Shown: positions 26,203-37,290 of the stretch, in pieces
Numbering within the stretch: position 1 is the first letter of the stretch
Layout of the letters: each line of letters opens with the position of its first letter
Assembly: GCA_030704615.1 (NCBI GenBank)
Contig: CM060731.1
Coordinates: 30,132,001-30,196,000 of the forward strand
DNA from: Takakia lepidozioides
Lineage: Eukaryota; Plantae; Bryophyta
Length of the DNA stretch: 64,000 nucleotides
Reading direction: 5' to 3'
Translations under genes and position numbers: made by a program
Notes under the pieces: generated by a model
Seen by the model: only the letters and a program-made list of their open reading frames with translations
The model's database searches: none
Told to the model about the DNA's origin: nothing

Positions 26203-26390
26203 TAGAGAAGAGTGAAGAGCAAAATGAGAGAGAGGCCGGCGGAAGAGGGATATATCATTGCTGCACTGCCAATGTCGTATGCGCTAGAACTTCTATTTCC
26301 TCCGACATGTGTGCTTTTATTAGACAAATCCGCACCAGTTTGAGGAGAGTTTGCAAAACTCCCTCACCGTAAGGCGGGTATTTGCTCTCC

Positions 26391-26795
26391 GGAGCCCAAT
26401 TTCGGCGCCGTTATTGGATGGACTGCGGAAGCTTCAGCCGAGAATTTTGTTTCCGGAGCCCAATTTCGGCGCCGTTATTGGTTGCACTCCCTAGCCTTCA
26501 GCCGGGTATTTGGTTTCCAGACCCCAATTTCGGCACCGTTATCGGCTGCACTCCGGTGGTTTCAGCCGAGTATTTGGTTTCCGGGGCCCAATTTCGGCGC
26601 CGTTATTGGCTGCACTCCGGAGGCTTCAGCCGGGTATTTGGTTGGCGGAGCCCAATTTTGGCACCGTTATTGGCTTCACTCCCGAGCCTTCAGCTGGGTA
26701 TTTGGTTGGCGGAGCCCAATTTCGGCACCGTTATTGGCTTCACTCCCGAGCCTTCAGCCGGCTATTTCTTTTCCTGTGCCCAATTACGGTGCCGT
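26391..26795. repeat. Subterminal 64-bp tandem repeat (~6 copies) containing AATTTCGGCGCCG
   Basis: GGAGCCCAATTTCGGCGCCGTTATTGG units start at 26391, 26455, 26519, 26583, 26647 and 26711. Confidence 0.92.
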
Positions 26796-27629
26796 GATAC
26801 CCAACCATCCTGCACTTCTACAACTGTACTATCCACGGTTATAGGTCGTCATTGCGTTTTCGGAGTCTGCAAACCCGGATCCTAATTCCGCTTGCGTCTC
26901 TTCCTCTGGGATAATTTCGGTGCCGTTATTGCCCAGAATTCAGTTTTTCTATGACCTGGCCTGGCAATCCATGAGCCTGGGCTCCAAGTCATGAGCGGAC
27001 ACTGGTATTTATGAGCGGAGTGCTTCCAGCATGAGCGCGGAAATCTTCGAAAACCTTCTCTTCTTATACTACTTTCGATTATTTTATAGTTTTGACCCAA
27101 AAAAAATCTGCCGAAATTCGAAGTGTGTTACTTTGCGGCTCATGGGTGAGCCATGCCCGCTCATGAGCTCATGAGCTCATGAAATAGCAACCCCCGAGCG
27201 CTTCTGGTGAAGTGAGGAGAGGAGATCAGGCGGAGAACAAGAACGAGAGCACGGAGAAGGAGGAGAGATGAACAGTAGATGCTTGTTACAAGCAAAGCTG
27301 TAGTGAAACTGTAGGGCAGATTAGAGTCACCATGGCATTGGCCTGATACCTGATAAATCATAATCTGATACTTATTCGATACAATCACACTGTGTAGAGA
27401 GACATGAGTGAAGTTGTGGAATGAATGCATGATTAACTGGAACTTAGTAGATACTGAAGCAATCTGATGTTTCAGTATACATGGTAAGGTAAATTGAAAA
27501 CATGAAGGCAAGAAGGAATACAAATAGGAAGCACAACCATGATTCACTAGCTGCAGGTCATGACTCATTGTTCTGAGCGGGCTGAGTGCTTACTGCTATG
27601 TAACAACAGGAAAGTATCAAAAAACAAGT

Positions 27630-27990
27630 AACAGACATGAGGAGAAGCTGTGGAATGAATACTTTTCTGCCCCCAGTCAATGATGGGACAACCGAGGCAA
27701 AAAGGTGAATGCCTGCTACATTTCAGAGAGTATCAGACGCAATTGAGCATATGAACTAGTGTGATAAGCTGAGTTGGGTGTTTCCTAGAACAAATGTAGG
27801 TTGTCATTGTCACCTACTAGCAGCAAGGCAAGGATGAATGCATGATTTGTGAAGGGGCATGGATAGCTGAAGGAGCAGGGATAGAGTGTGGTCCAGATTC
27901 ATCCTAGAGGGCCAAATTTCAAGCACAAGATTACCTATGATTCCCTGTGGATCAATAACTACAAGAAACCTCCATGGGTAGATGGTCTAT
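27630..27990 (+). pseudogene. OSB/PDF-motif exons (decayed)
   Basis: EKLWNEYFSAPSQ*WDNRGKK then GT donor (~27641-27704); PRGPNFKHKITYDSLWINNYKKPPWVDGL (~27903-27989). Confidence 0.7.
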
Positions 27991-28819
27991 TTTGTGGAAC
28001 TCACTGAAGTCTTGCATTATGAGGATCAGAACTGCTTGGCAGCTTACTTGCACGAGGCCTTGACCCTTAGGCAATCCCCAGAGCAGCAGTAGCTTTTGGG
28101 CTGCTTTTTTACTTTGTGTTTTTCATTTTGTCCCATAAGCTCTTTGAGCTTTTCGCAGATGTAATAAAGTACCATTTTGTTTCATTTCATTCATTTTCAT
28201 TTCATTTTGTTTCATGGCATGTCTTTCATCGTTTGTGCATTTCTAATGCATGATTAGTTCTCTTGTATGGCATTATTAGTCGACTCACTACAAACACCAA
28301 AACTCCAAAGCATGAATCACTATGAATGATTGTTCAAGTAATTTCGAGCACTTCATGTAAAGTAGTAAAGCAGTGGTTGCGCCAACTTCCGCAGTCGCAA
28401 TTGCCACTGGGCATGTAGCACTGCAAGTTATGTGGTCTACTACCACGTGGCAGCAGTGCTGCTCGTCGTGGCGCCGCCACGTCAGCATCCACATCGTCAT
28501 CGACGTCCGCGTCCATGTGTCACCGCGCTTCGGTGAGTGGGTCCACTCATCCGGAGGGAAAAGTCAAAGTCAGCCCAAAAGGTCAGACACACGGGCGGCC
28601 CGCCTGGTTACGCCACGTGGTTCTTCAACATTAATCGCATTAATCGCTGAGCAGTTGTTCGCGTGTCTGCGTCCTTTACCACTCCAATCATTGGATGTCC
28701 AACCCAACTACCACGTCTGTTATAACTAGTCGTTTGTAACTTCCAGTCGATTCCAATTTTTTGAATTTTACGACTCAAAATGAGTCGTTACCCCAGTGAT
28801 AAATGACACGAATGCTTAT

Positions 28820-29848
28820 AGTGTCGGTGTTGATCCCACCAAACAAGTCCAGAAGACAAATGCCTTCATCCGGATACTGCCACACAATAGGTGCAGTGTC
28901 CAATGGAGACAACTGAGGTGGTCCTGGTGCAATCGCCGCACTCTCCTCCTCTCCTGATGGTACAAAAGCCTCCACCCAGGTTTGTTGCACCCGTCGATTA
29001 GCAACCCGCTGCAAATCCTTGCTCGTGCCCCACAATGGAGTCTGAACAACCATGGCAGGCAACTCCGCCATACCATACATGTCTTCCTGCTCTCCCGGAG
29101 GTGGCACATCCTGTAAATGAGCGTTGCCCTCAAGCAACTCTCCAGGCCAACTCACTGCCGCTGTGAATGCTGCTAGTGTTGGCATCTTGCCCCACTGGGC
29201 AACCGCAACTCCTCCTATGAATGTCACAGGGAGCTGCACATGCCGGCCCTCCCCTGATTGCCATGCAGGCCTATAGGAAGCTGACTCCTCCCAAAAATCC
29301 AGGGTGAAGCCCATGGGGTACAATACTGCCCCACCAACCAGGACATCGTATGAGACCGCGTCTGTCATAATGGCCTTGGCTCACATCACTGAGCCATCTG
29401 TAGGGTGATCCGGCCGTAGTCTGATAGCCAACTCACGCCGTGTCATGCCCTGAGCCTGCTCCGATCCTCCCAGAGACGTCTGTATTTGGAAAGGACAAGG
29501 CTCCATATCCGCCTCCGTGAGGCCCAAGACTGCAATAGCAGCTCTGCCCAGCATCAATGGCTGAGCTCCGGAGTCCAACAAGACCCGCAGTGGCCGGTAC
29601 CTCTTGCCTGCCGGTCCACTCAAACAGAAAATGCCATCCTGGTTGTCTAACATGACAACTCCAGGTGTCACCATGGCGCGCTCAATGGCTGGCCTAGCTG
29701 GCAGCTCCATCAACCTGGCAGCTGCAGCTTGCCATGGCGCCGTCGTGGCAGTCTTGACCCTCAAATCCGAGGATCCCTCCGGCACTACACCTCCCACTAT
29801 CTCCACAGAAGATGAAGTAACCTCCCCACTCTCACAGAGTGTATCCAA
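28820..29848 (-). mobile_element. Retroelement fragment: aspartic protease followed by start of a C5 cytosine-MTase-like motif I
   Basis: RVLLDSGAQPLMLG (protease active site), SYDVLVGGAVL, then YPDEGICLLDLFGGINT, truncated immediately afterwards. Confidence 0.6.
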
Positions 29849-29849
29849 C

Positions 29850-32800
29850 TCTTCTATCTTGGAGTTTCCACCTCGGATAGCGAAGGGATGGGTGAGTAAA
29901 AGCCGCTCGACATTTGGCGACCATACTGGGGAACTGGGTCATGAACAACCAGATGTGACAGACATCTGGTGGGATCATGGTGGTTGGAGAATTAAAGAAT
30001 TTGATGTGAATCAAATTCCTAGTGAAACTGAGAAGGAAAGATTGTCTAAACAATTATTTCAGAGGTTCTTGGAATTGCCAGACGGTTGTAAAGAAAACAT
30101 TCTTAAGAGAGTGCATGATGCTGACCCTGAGTGGGGTCTGGAGAAAGGAGTGATAAAGATTTATCAGGTGGCATGTAGAGGAAGAGCACATTGGTTACCA
30201 ACATTGGTTTATGTGATAGCATTGCTATCCATTAAGCGAGTAGAGTTTGAAGGCTGGGAGGAAAGGAAGGTGAATGTTTATACTCATATGCATGAGGAGC
30301 TTGTACTGGTAAAGAATTGGATTCCAAAGGATATTTTGTGGATCAAACTCACACCAAGAACAGCTTTTCAGACTTGTTTGCCATATGGTTATATGGTAAC
30401 GCAGACTTCTAGTATAGCCAAGGGTGCATTGAAGCTTGAAAGAAACCCAGGCATATACGAGAGCTACTACAGAAGAGAGTTTTGGTTATTGCCACATTAA
30501 AGAAATGAAAGACATTGGACATGAGTGATGAAAGAGAAGCTAGACTCTAGAGATATTCAGCAAAAAGATAAAGTTATCTGAAAGCTAATTATCCATATCT
30601 TTGGGAGAGAGGAATAGACATAGGGGAATCATCTGGACCTCTCACACCATTAAGATCAGAGAGTACATCACCTATACCGGAAGAACTTGAGTTGGATGCC
30701 ACTCCTTCTTTTTCTTTGCAAGAAAGATTAAAGGAATTGGTACAGGAAGAAGATCAACCACGAGGTGAAAGATCTGAGGTACACCCCTGGATAAAAAATT
30801 TGACAGAAATCTTTGATAAGAGTTGGCATGGAACACCAAAAGCAAGAACTCCGGTTTCTGAGACGGAAGACGGAGAAGGAGGAGAGGATGTAGCAGAGCC
30901 AACGGAGTGTTCAGACTCTCCAACACCATTGCAGTTGAGTTACATGAGTGAAGAAGAAACCCAAGGGCAGAACTTGGAGGATGAAAACAGAGAGAAGAAA
31001 TTGGAAGAGGAAGAGTATGAAGAAGTAGACCCAACAGCTGAGGTTGAGACTACAACCAGGACATCCCAACCTGTTGGACCTGGATCAAGTGGAGCACTTG
31101 GATCACATGCCAACAAAGGTGTCGGCTCAGGGGGATCAGGCGGGCAGCCTGGATCTGGCTCTGGGGGGGCAGGGAGTGTGGGAAGTAGTGCAACTGGAGC
31201 TGGGAATACTGTGAATATAGTGGGGCCAGTAGCAGGGAGTGCTCAGGGGCCACCACTTGGTGGAAGTTCCACCACAACTACAACAGGTCCTCAAGGACTA
31301 GCACCAGCAAGGGGGCCAGCACCTGTCAGTGGGCAGGGGGTAGGGCCACATATGGCGTTACAACCAACACGGGCAAAACCATCTTTTCCAATATATTCAG
31401 GAAAATGGGATCCTGATGTACACATTAGCCAATTTGAGCACATGTGTATTGTGAACAATGAGAATGGCGATGATGCCAAGATGAGACTGTTTCCTTGTTC
31501 ACTTATAAAAAAAGCAAGTGAATGGTATACAAGATTCCCTGATAATCATTTCCTAACCTGGAATGGCTTGAATACAACATTCCGAAATAGGTTCAGGACA
31601 AGTAAAACTGAGGATGAAGTGTATGGAAGTTTACAACAGTTAAAGCAAAAGAAGCATGAAACTGTTGAGGAGTATATGGAAAAGATGGAATTGATGATGA
31701 AAAAGCTAGCTGCTGTATCAGCACCAGGTTTGCAGAAGACTTGGTTTGTGAGTGGACTAAGACCAGAGTTGCAAAAGAAAGTGGATATGTTACCCCATAA
31801 TACAGTGGAGGAGGCATTTGAAACAGCAAAAAAAATTGAGCAATTGGGAATGCTCAGGAGAGAGAAAATGGATGATGAGGACTCTGAGGATGAGTCAGAT
31901 GAGGAAGAAGAGCAAGAGTTGAAAAGGAAGAGTAAGAGGAAGGAAAAGTTGAAGAGGGATAACTATGAGAAAAGATTAGAAGAAATCTTGAAGAAGTATG
32001 CCACAGAGGCTCTAACACATTGGAGAAAGGGTGTTTGGTGTGCAAAGTGCCAGAATGAAGGCCATACCACCACTGAATGCCAATGAAGGAGAAACACTGT
32101 ACTATCTGTAAAATGGATAACCATTCTACTGAGAATTGTTACTACAACAGAAGGACAACAGCTAGAGAACCTAGGCAAGTAAGGATGCATCAAGTGCAGC
32201 CGTAGCCAAGAAGAAACAGTGATCAGGACCACTATGGTAGGCCTGGTGGTTATAACAATGGTATGGAAAGGAGAGGTAATCCAAGAGGGAATTACCAAGG
32301 AAATTCCAGGGGAAACTATAAGGGTAATCCAAGGGGGAATTACCAGCCAGGGAATTAGGATTACAGAAACAATCCCATAACAGACCAAGGGCGAGGACCT
32401 AATGAGGAAGAACTATGTTACTATTGTAATCAGGCAGGACATTGCAAGGCAGCGTGTCCATTCTGGATCAGACACCAGAATGAGATGAGAGCTCCTGTGA
32501 ATGAGGGCCCAGTGGTGGCAGCTCACATGGTTAGGCCATGTGTTGTACCAGAAGTAAGTACAATGATAGTAACCAGAAGCAAAGCCAAAATAATACCTCC
32601 AGTAGATGAGGAAGGTGATGATAATGAAGATGGCAGTGATGTGCCTGAAGATGATGAGGCTTGGAGAGATGAGAAGAAACTGCACAAGGAAGTGGCAGAT
32701 ACCATAAGGGAAATGTAGAAAAGTACTGATATTCCTATGGCAGAGATCCTCTGATTCTGAAAGAGAAGAGGAAGTGAGTGAGGATGAAGGAAAGAAAGAA

Positions 32801-33815
32801 GTTGCAGAAATGCAGAGTAATGAAGGGACTTTGGCTGAAGTAATATACCAGTCCAAAGCGGACCATTGGACAGCTATTGGCTGTGGCACCTTATTGTAGA
32901 CACAGGCTGTATCAAGCAATCAATCGGATTGCCCATGTGACAGGGAACACAGACCTGAACAGCAAGGTGACCAGTTATAATGTGAAGCCAGAAGGGCGAG
33001 AAACAGTCATGGACTTTGATGATTCTATGCCAGTAATCCAATTGAGAATTGGAAGCACAGAACTAACTGATGTACTGATAGATGGAGGCTCTGGAGTGAA
33101 TATTAAGGCAGAAGCTTGGTCTATGTAACATGAAACCAGCCCCATTTACAGTAACAACGACAGATCAAAGAAGTGTTCAGCCATTGGGATTGATAAGAGG
33201 AGTTAAGATACAGATTCAAAAGATGATCTTTAAGATCACAGTAACTGTGTTGAAAATGGATGAAGTCATGCAAGCTTACTCCTTATTGCTAGGTCGACCG
33301 TGGCTGAAACAGGCCAGGGTATTCCATGACTGGAATTCCCAGTTACTAACTGTGCATGATGGGATGCACAAGATACAAATCACCACTAAGAAATCTAGTA
33401 GATTACCTGCTATGAGAAGACCTCGAGGGGTCAGGGAGTATGACTGGAGGGGAGGACTTGATGAGGAGCAGGAAGCTACCCTGTTCGCTGCACACCCAGA
33501 GTGGGAGCAGGTTGCAGAGATGCAATATAATGCCTAAGTTGTTTAAAAGGTATCTGTTGTGGTGTAGTGACAACAACACCAATTGAGGGTGAAACAAGCA
33601 GTTACCCACCACATTTCTATGAAGAAAGAGAGGGAGAAATGGAAATCCTAGAGGAACCAGCCACTGTGAGTTTACAGGATGAAGTGGTGACTGGTTAGAC
33701 AATCACAGCTGATGAGTAGGTGAGAGAAGTGAATGTGGGAACTGAAGGGGAACTGAGGATGGTGAAGGTAGGGGCTGATTTGGAGCCAGAATTCTTTGAG
33801 GAAGCTAAGAGTCTG
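29850..33815 (+). mobile_element. Ty3/gypsy LTR-retrotransposon fragment (gag, protease; RT/IN missing)
   Basis: Gag ORF 30692-32086 (DPDVHISQF, FPCSL, CAKCQNEGHTTTEC knuckle); further knuckles ~32097 and ~32415; protease LIDGGSGVN ~33075; LLLGRPWL. Truncated into a PPR fragment. Confidence 0.88.
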
Positions 33816-34690
33816 TTAAGTGCGGGAGCATCATGGATGCTCACCAAGTGTTCAACATAATGCCTCAACGATCTTTGATCACGTGGAATATAATGTGGGC
33901 AGGATTTACCAAGGATGGGTGTGGTAGGAATGCTTTGGAGACCTATGAGCAAATTCTACGCGAAGGGGTGAAGCCCAATCACATCATGTTTGTTTGTGTT
34001 TGCAATGCGTGTGCAAGCCTGGGAGCTCCGGAAAAGGAAAAAGAGGTCCATGGTGACATCGTCAAAGCTGGAATTGTACCAGATGTCATTCTGAACACTG
34101 CCCAGGTGGACATGTATGCCAAATGTGGGTGCATTAAGGATGCGAAGGGAGTTTTCAACCCTATGGCTGAACGAGACATGGTATCATGGGACGCGAGCCT
34201 GGCAGCTCTGGAAAAAGGCAAAGAGGTCCATGGCGACATTGTCAAAGCTGCAATTGTACCAAATGTCATTCTGAACAATACCGTCGTGGACATGTATGAA
34301 GGGAGTGTTCGACAATATGGCTGAACGAGATTGTCGTGGAGTGTGATGATTGCAAGATATGCACAACAAGGGCGCGGGATGGAGGCTTTGGAGACCTATG
34401 AGCAAATGATGTGCGAAGCGGTGAAGCCCAACCACATATTAATGTTTGTTTGCATTTGCAATGTGCGTGCAAGCTTGGGAGCCCTTGAAAAGTGCCAAGA
34501 GGTCCATGGCGACATCGTCAAATATGGAATTGTACCCGATGTCATTCTGAACACTGCCCTGGTGGACATGTATGTCAAATGTGGGTGCATCGAGGATGCC
34601 AAGGGAGTCTTCGACAGTATGGCTGAACAAAATGTGGTGTTGTGGAGTGCGATGATTGCATGATATGCACAACAAGGTTGTAGGATGGAG
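33816..34690 (+). pseudogene. PLS PPR pseudogene fragment
   Basis: ORFs 33833-34324 and 34331-34663. Shares the internal deletion GTGGACATGTATGAAGGGAGTG with the 12.5-kb copy. Confidence 0.88.
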
Positions 34691-35164
34691 GTCATGACTA
34701 CATGACTCTGAAGTGAAAAAAACGGCGTGATAGCGACTTTTCTTTAGGATTGCATTTTGCAAATCATAGCCGTGACTGCGTGCGTGGCACCTAGAGTCAT
34801 GCAGAGGAGAGTGATGTAGTCACAACTCTATGACTTACATATGACTAACTATATGACTACATTATGTGCTGAGCGTTGCCTACATAGAGAGGCTTCAGTG
34901 GAACACGTGCACCACTACGCAAGCGACGCGTCACGCATTCATGAGGGGATCATATGACTATATATCTGCAGAGCGATGCCTCCGTGGAGAGGCGCCGGAT
35001 GGATACGTGCACCACTACAAATTTAACACCTCATTTTTTAAACATTTTTGAATAATATTAATTTTAATAAATCAAATTGTAAAATTATAAAATTTAGATT
35101 ATAAATTCTTCACTATGTTTTTGGGAAAATAGAATGGAAGGCCAAAGGGAATAGAAGGCCAAAG

Positions 35165-35234
35165 GGGCTTGTACTCCCCTGTACATGTCAACTATGGAGA
35201 AACAGAGTTGACATGTACAAGGGAGTACAAGCCC
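35165..35234. repeat. 29-bp-stem hairpin (1 mismatch, 12-nt loop)
   Basis: GGGCTTGTACTCCCCTGTACATGTCAACT (35165-35193) / AGTTGACATGTACAAGGGAGTACAAGCCC (35206-35234). Confidence 0.85.
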
Positions 35235-35391
35235 TGTAAATCATATTATAAAATTCCAAATTGGACAAGCATCACCACGGATGCCTCAAAGTCTAATGCG
35301 GAGCAAAAATTAAACAAACCGACACAAGGGCAAAAGTTTTTTAGTACTACTATAGTTCTGGTACTACTAGAATGAAGGACTCTATTTACAA

Positions 35392-35875
35392 CTATCGAGT
35401 GCAATACTCCTTACAACTGCATTTGGCCAGCAACTTCGAAACAAACTTGGTGGCAGTGTGGCAATCACCACACACCTGAAGATTCTTCACGAGATGGAGA
35501 GCCATCCCTGCAAAGGTCGTGCTCATCAGCCCAAAACCTCGATTATCCCACCATTGACTGGGGTCAAAAAAGTTCCACAACTTCTCCTCGTCTCTGTTAC
35601 ATGTTTCTGGATACTTTCATGTTGTCACATTGGCAGTTTCATGTCAAAGTCACTCCAAACCATCAAAGGTTCACTCAACCAGCTAACTTGTAGAATTCAA
35701 AATGAAAATTGAGGGCCGATTATGATAAGAGGGAAAAACAGGGTGAAATGTGTTGAAGAAGGTGCCTTAATTAACAGTGCCTGATTTGATCAATTGTGTC
35801 GCTGCTGCTGCGGCTTCCAGTTGACCATCTATCCATGCAGGTTTCTTGTACCTATCCTTCCACAGGGAATCATAG
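35392..35875 (-). pseudogene. PDF-motif fragments fused to a DYW-domain C-terminal fragment
   Basis: YDSLWKDRYKKPAWIDGQL (~35820-35875). WNFFDPSQWWDNR joined to GFGLMST...KNLQVCGDCHTATKFVSK...CSCKEY. Confidence 0.75.
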
Positions 35876-35959
35876 AACCCTATTTTAAGTAATTCCGGAC
35901 TTTTGGCTTAAATCCGGACCAAACTTAATATATAACATAATTAAAATTAACTCAGCCAC

Positions 35960-37290
35960 TGTCAAACCTTTAGACGCAAACCATTGTAGCCTCCATTGGT
36001 CTAGTTGTGGAGCCAACTCCCAGTCTGGCTCCAGCAAAATTTTCTATGGCCTGCACAAAACAATTCAAACCTATACCTGCATCTTCCACCCATACCCTTG
36101 CATGGGTGTTATTCATCCAGCTCTTGTCGCCCCATCGAAAGCTCCCAAAAACCTAGTATGGGAATGTTCATTACTTCCTTCGGACAAGAGAGCAAGATTC
36201 TCATTCTCATCCTCAAGGCCATCTAATAAGAGCCCAACTCTTGGCCCACCCTTCCCCTTAAATGCTAGTTTAAATCCACTCGTGGAATATCAGAGGGATT
36301 GGATCCACTCAGTCCTCCCTCAAAAAGGCGAAACGTAAAACCTGGCTTTCCCTGTTGTTAAATCAAGAAACTATTATCTTGTTACAAGAACATAAACTTG
36401 ACTTGGCCAAAATTTCCTCTTTGGGGGATCAACTCTGGCCAGCAGCCCATAGCTTTTGGAAACCAACCATAGAAGGATCAAGAGGAGGAACAACGCGATC
36501 CTTCTTTATCCCTCAATAGCTGCCCTGATTCAAAAAGAGGAGATGTGGTTCCAAGGCAGAGCTCAATTCATCTCTATCATTCTTCCCAATGCCGCGGGAA
36601 CAATAGGCATTGTAAATTTGTACGCCCTTAACTCTTCAACTGAGAGGGAAGCTTTCTGGGCAAACCTACACACAAAAATGGAGGTCGAGCTCTCAGTTGA
36701 GCAATGGTTACTGATGGGTGACCTCAACATGGTCGAGAGTGTAAAAGACAGGCTTGGGGCTGCTGCCCAGGGTATGGGAGATGGTGAGGCCACATCATGG
36801 CAAAGAATTAGAAACAACTTCTCACTGTCTGAACCGTCCAAAGCCAGAGCTTCCGGCAACCATCCGTGTTTTACATGGACAAACAACAGAGCAGGTGCTG
36901 ATATCTGTATGGCAAGGCTAGACAGGCTTTACCTCTCGCCAAGGCTATCCCCCTGGCGGAAATGCTTCCTCAAGAGCCTATTTTCCAAGAGTTTGACCAT
37001 GCATGCATCTCCTATCAAATCAATCTCCCAAACCTGCCAAAAAGAGGCAAATGATGGTTTAGACTTAATACATCCCTGTTGCCACATCCAGCCTGTAAAC
37101 TAGCACTTGAATCCGCATGGGCCTCCACAGCCAATGAAGTACTCTGCCTATTGAGAGGTTTCAAACTTAAACAAACAACCATCATTGCTCAAACCCTCAG
37201 TTCCCAAATAGCCATCCAGAGACAGCGCAAAGTACTTGCTCTCAAGAAATATCTCGGAACATGCCAAAGGCTCCTAGAACTTGGGAAACT
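35960..37290 (+). mobile_element. LINE 5' portion: ORF2 APE endonuclease domain (same element as 15605-18979)
   Basis: SWNIRG (~36279), LLQEHKL, IVNLYA, LMGDLN, FTW, ARLDRLYLS motifs; ends at the inversion breakpoint. Confidence 0.88.

Larger units (their letters stand above)
18980..27195. mobile_element. Large MULE, transposase-bearing half (inside the inversion)
   Basis: TIR GCTCATGAAATAGCAACCCCC ends at 27195. Flank GAGCGCTTCT (27196-27205) is the reverse complement of AGAAGCGCTC at 44106-44115. Confidence 0.9.
18980..37290. other. ~18.3-kb inverted segment splitting the LINE and the large MULE
   Basis: Re-inversion joins LINE ORF2 in frame (...LELGK-L-LQTYHEARRNLEAFD...), makes the two MULE ends face each other, and turns their flanks into a direct 10-bp TSD. 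Confidence 0.88.

Noticed and set aside
26391-26795. 64-bp periodic array as CRISPR or as a coding repeat
   Set aside because: Whole units are homologous (no spacers), and ORFs open in all three frames are repeat artefacts.
28286-28780. CACTA element starting CACTACAAA
   Set aside because: No paired terminus or TSD found.
29604-30500. 298-aa ORF as a single gene
   Set aside because: The first ~80 codons are antisense to the protease-bearing fragment; chimeric across a TE junction near 29850.
35540-35580. WWDNR as a DYW:WW-type deaminase variant
   Set aside because: It matches the OSB PDF motif and recurs with PDFKHK exons elsewhere; it abuts DYW only through a deletion.
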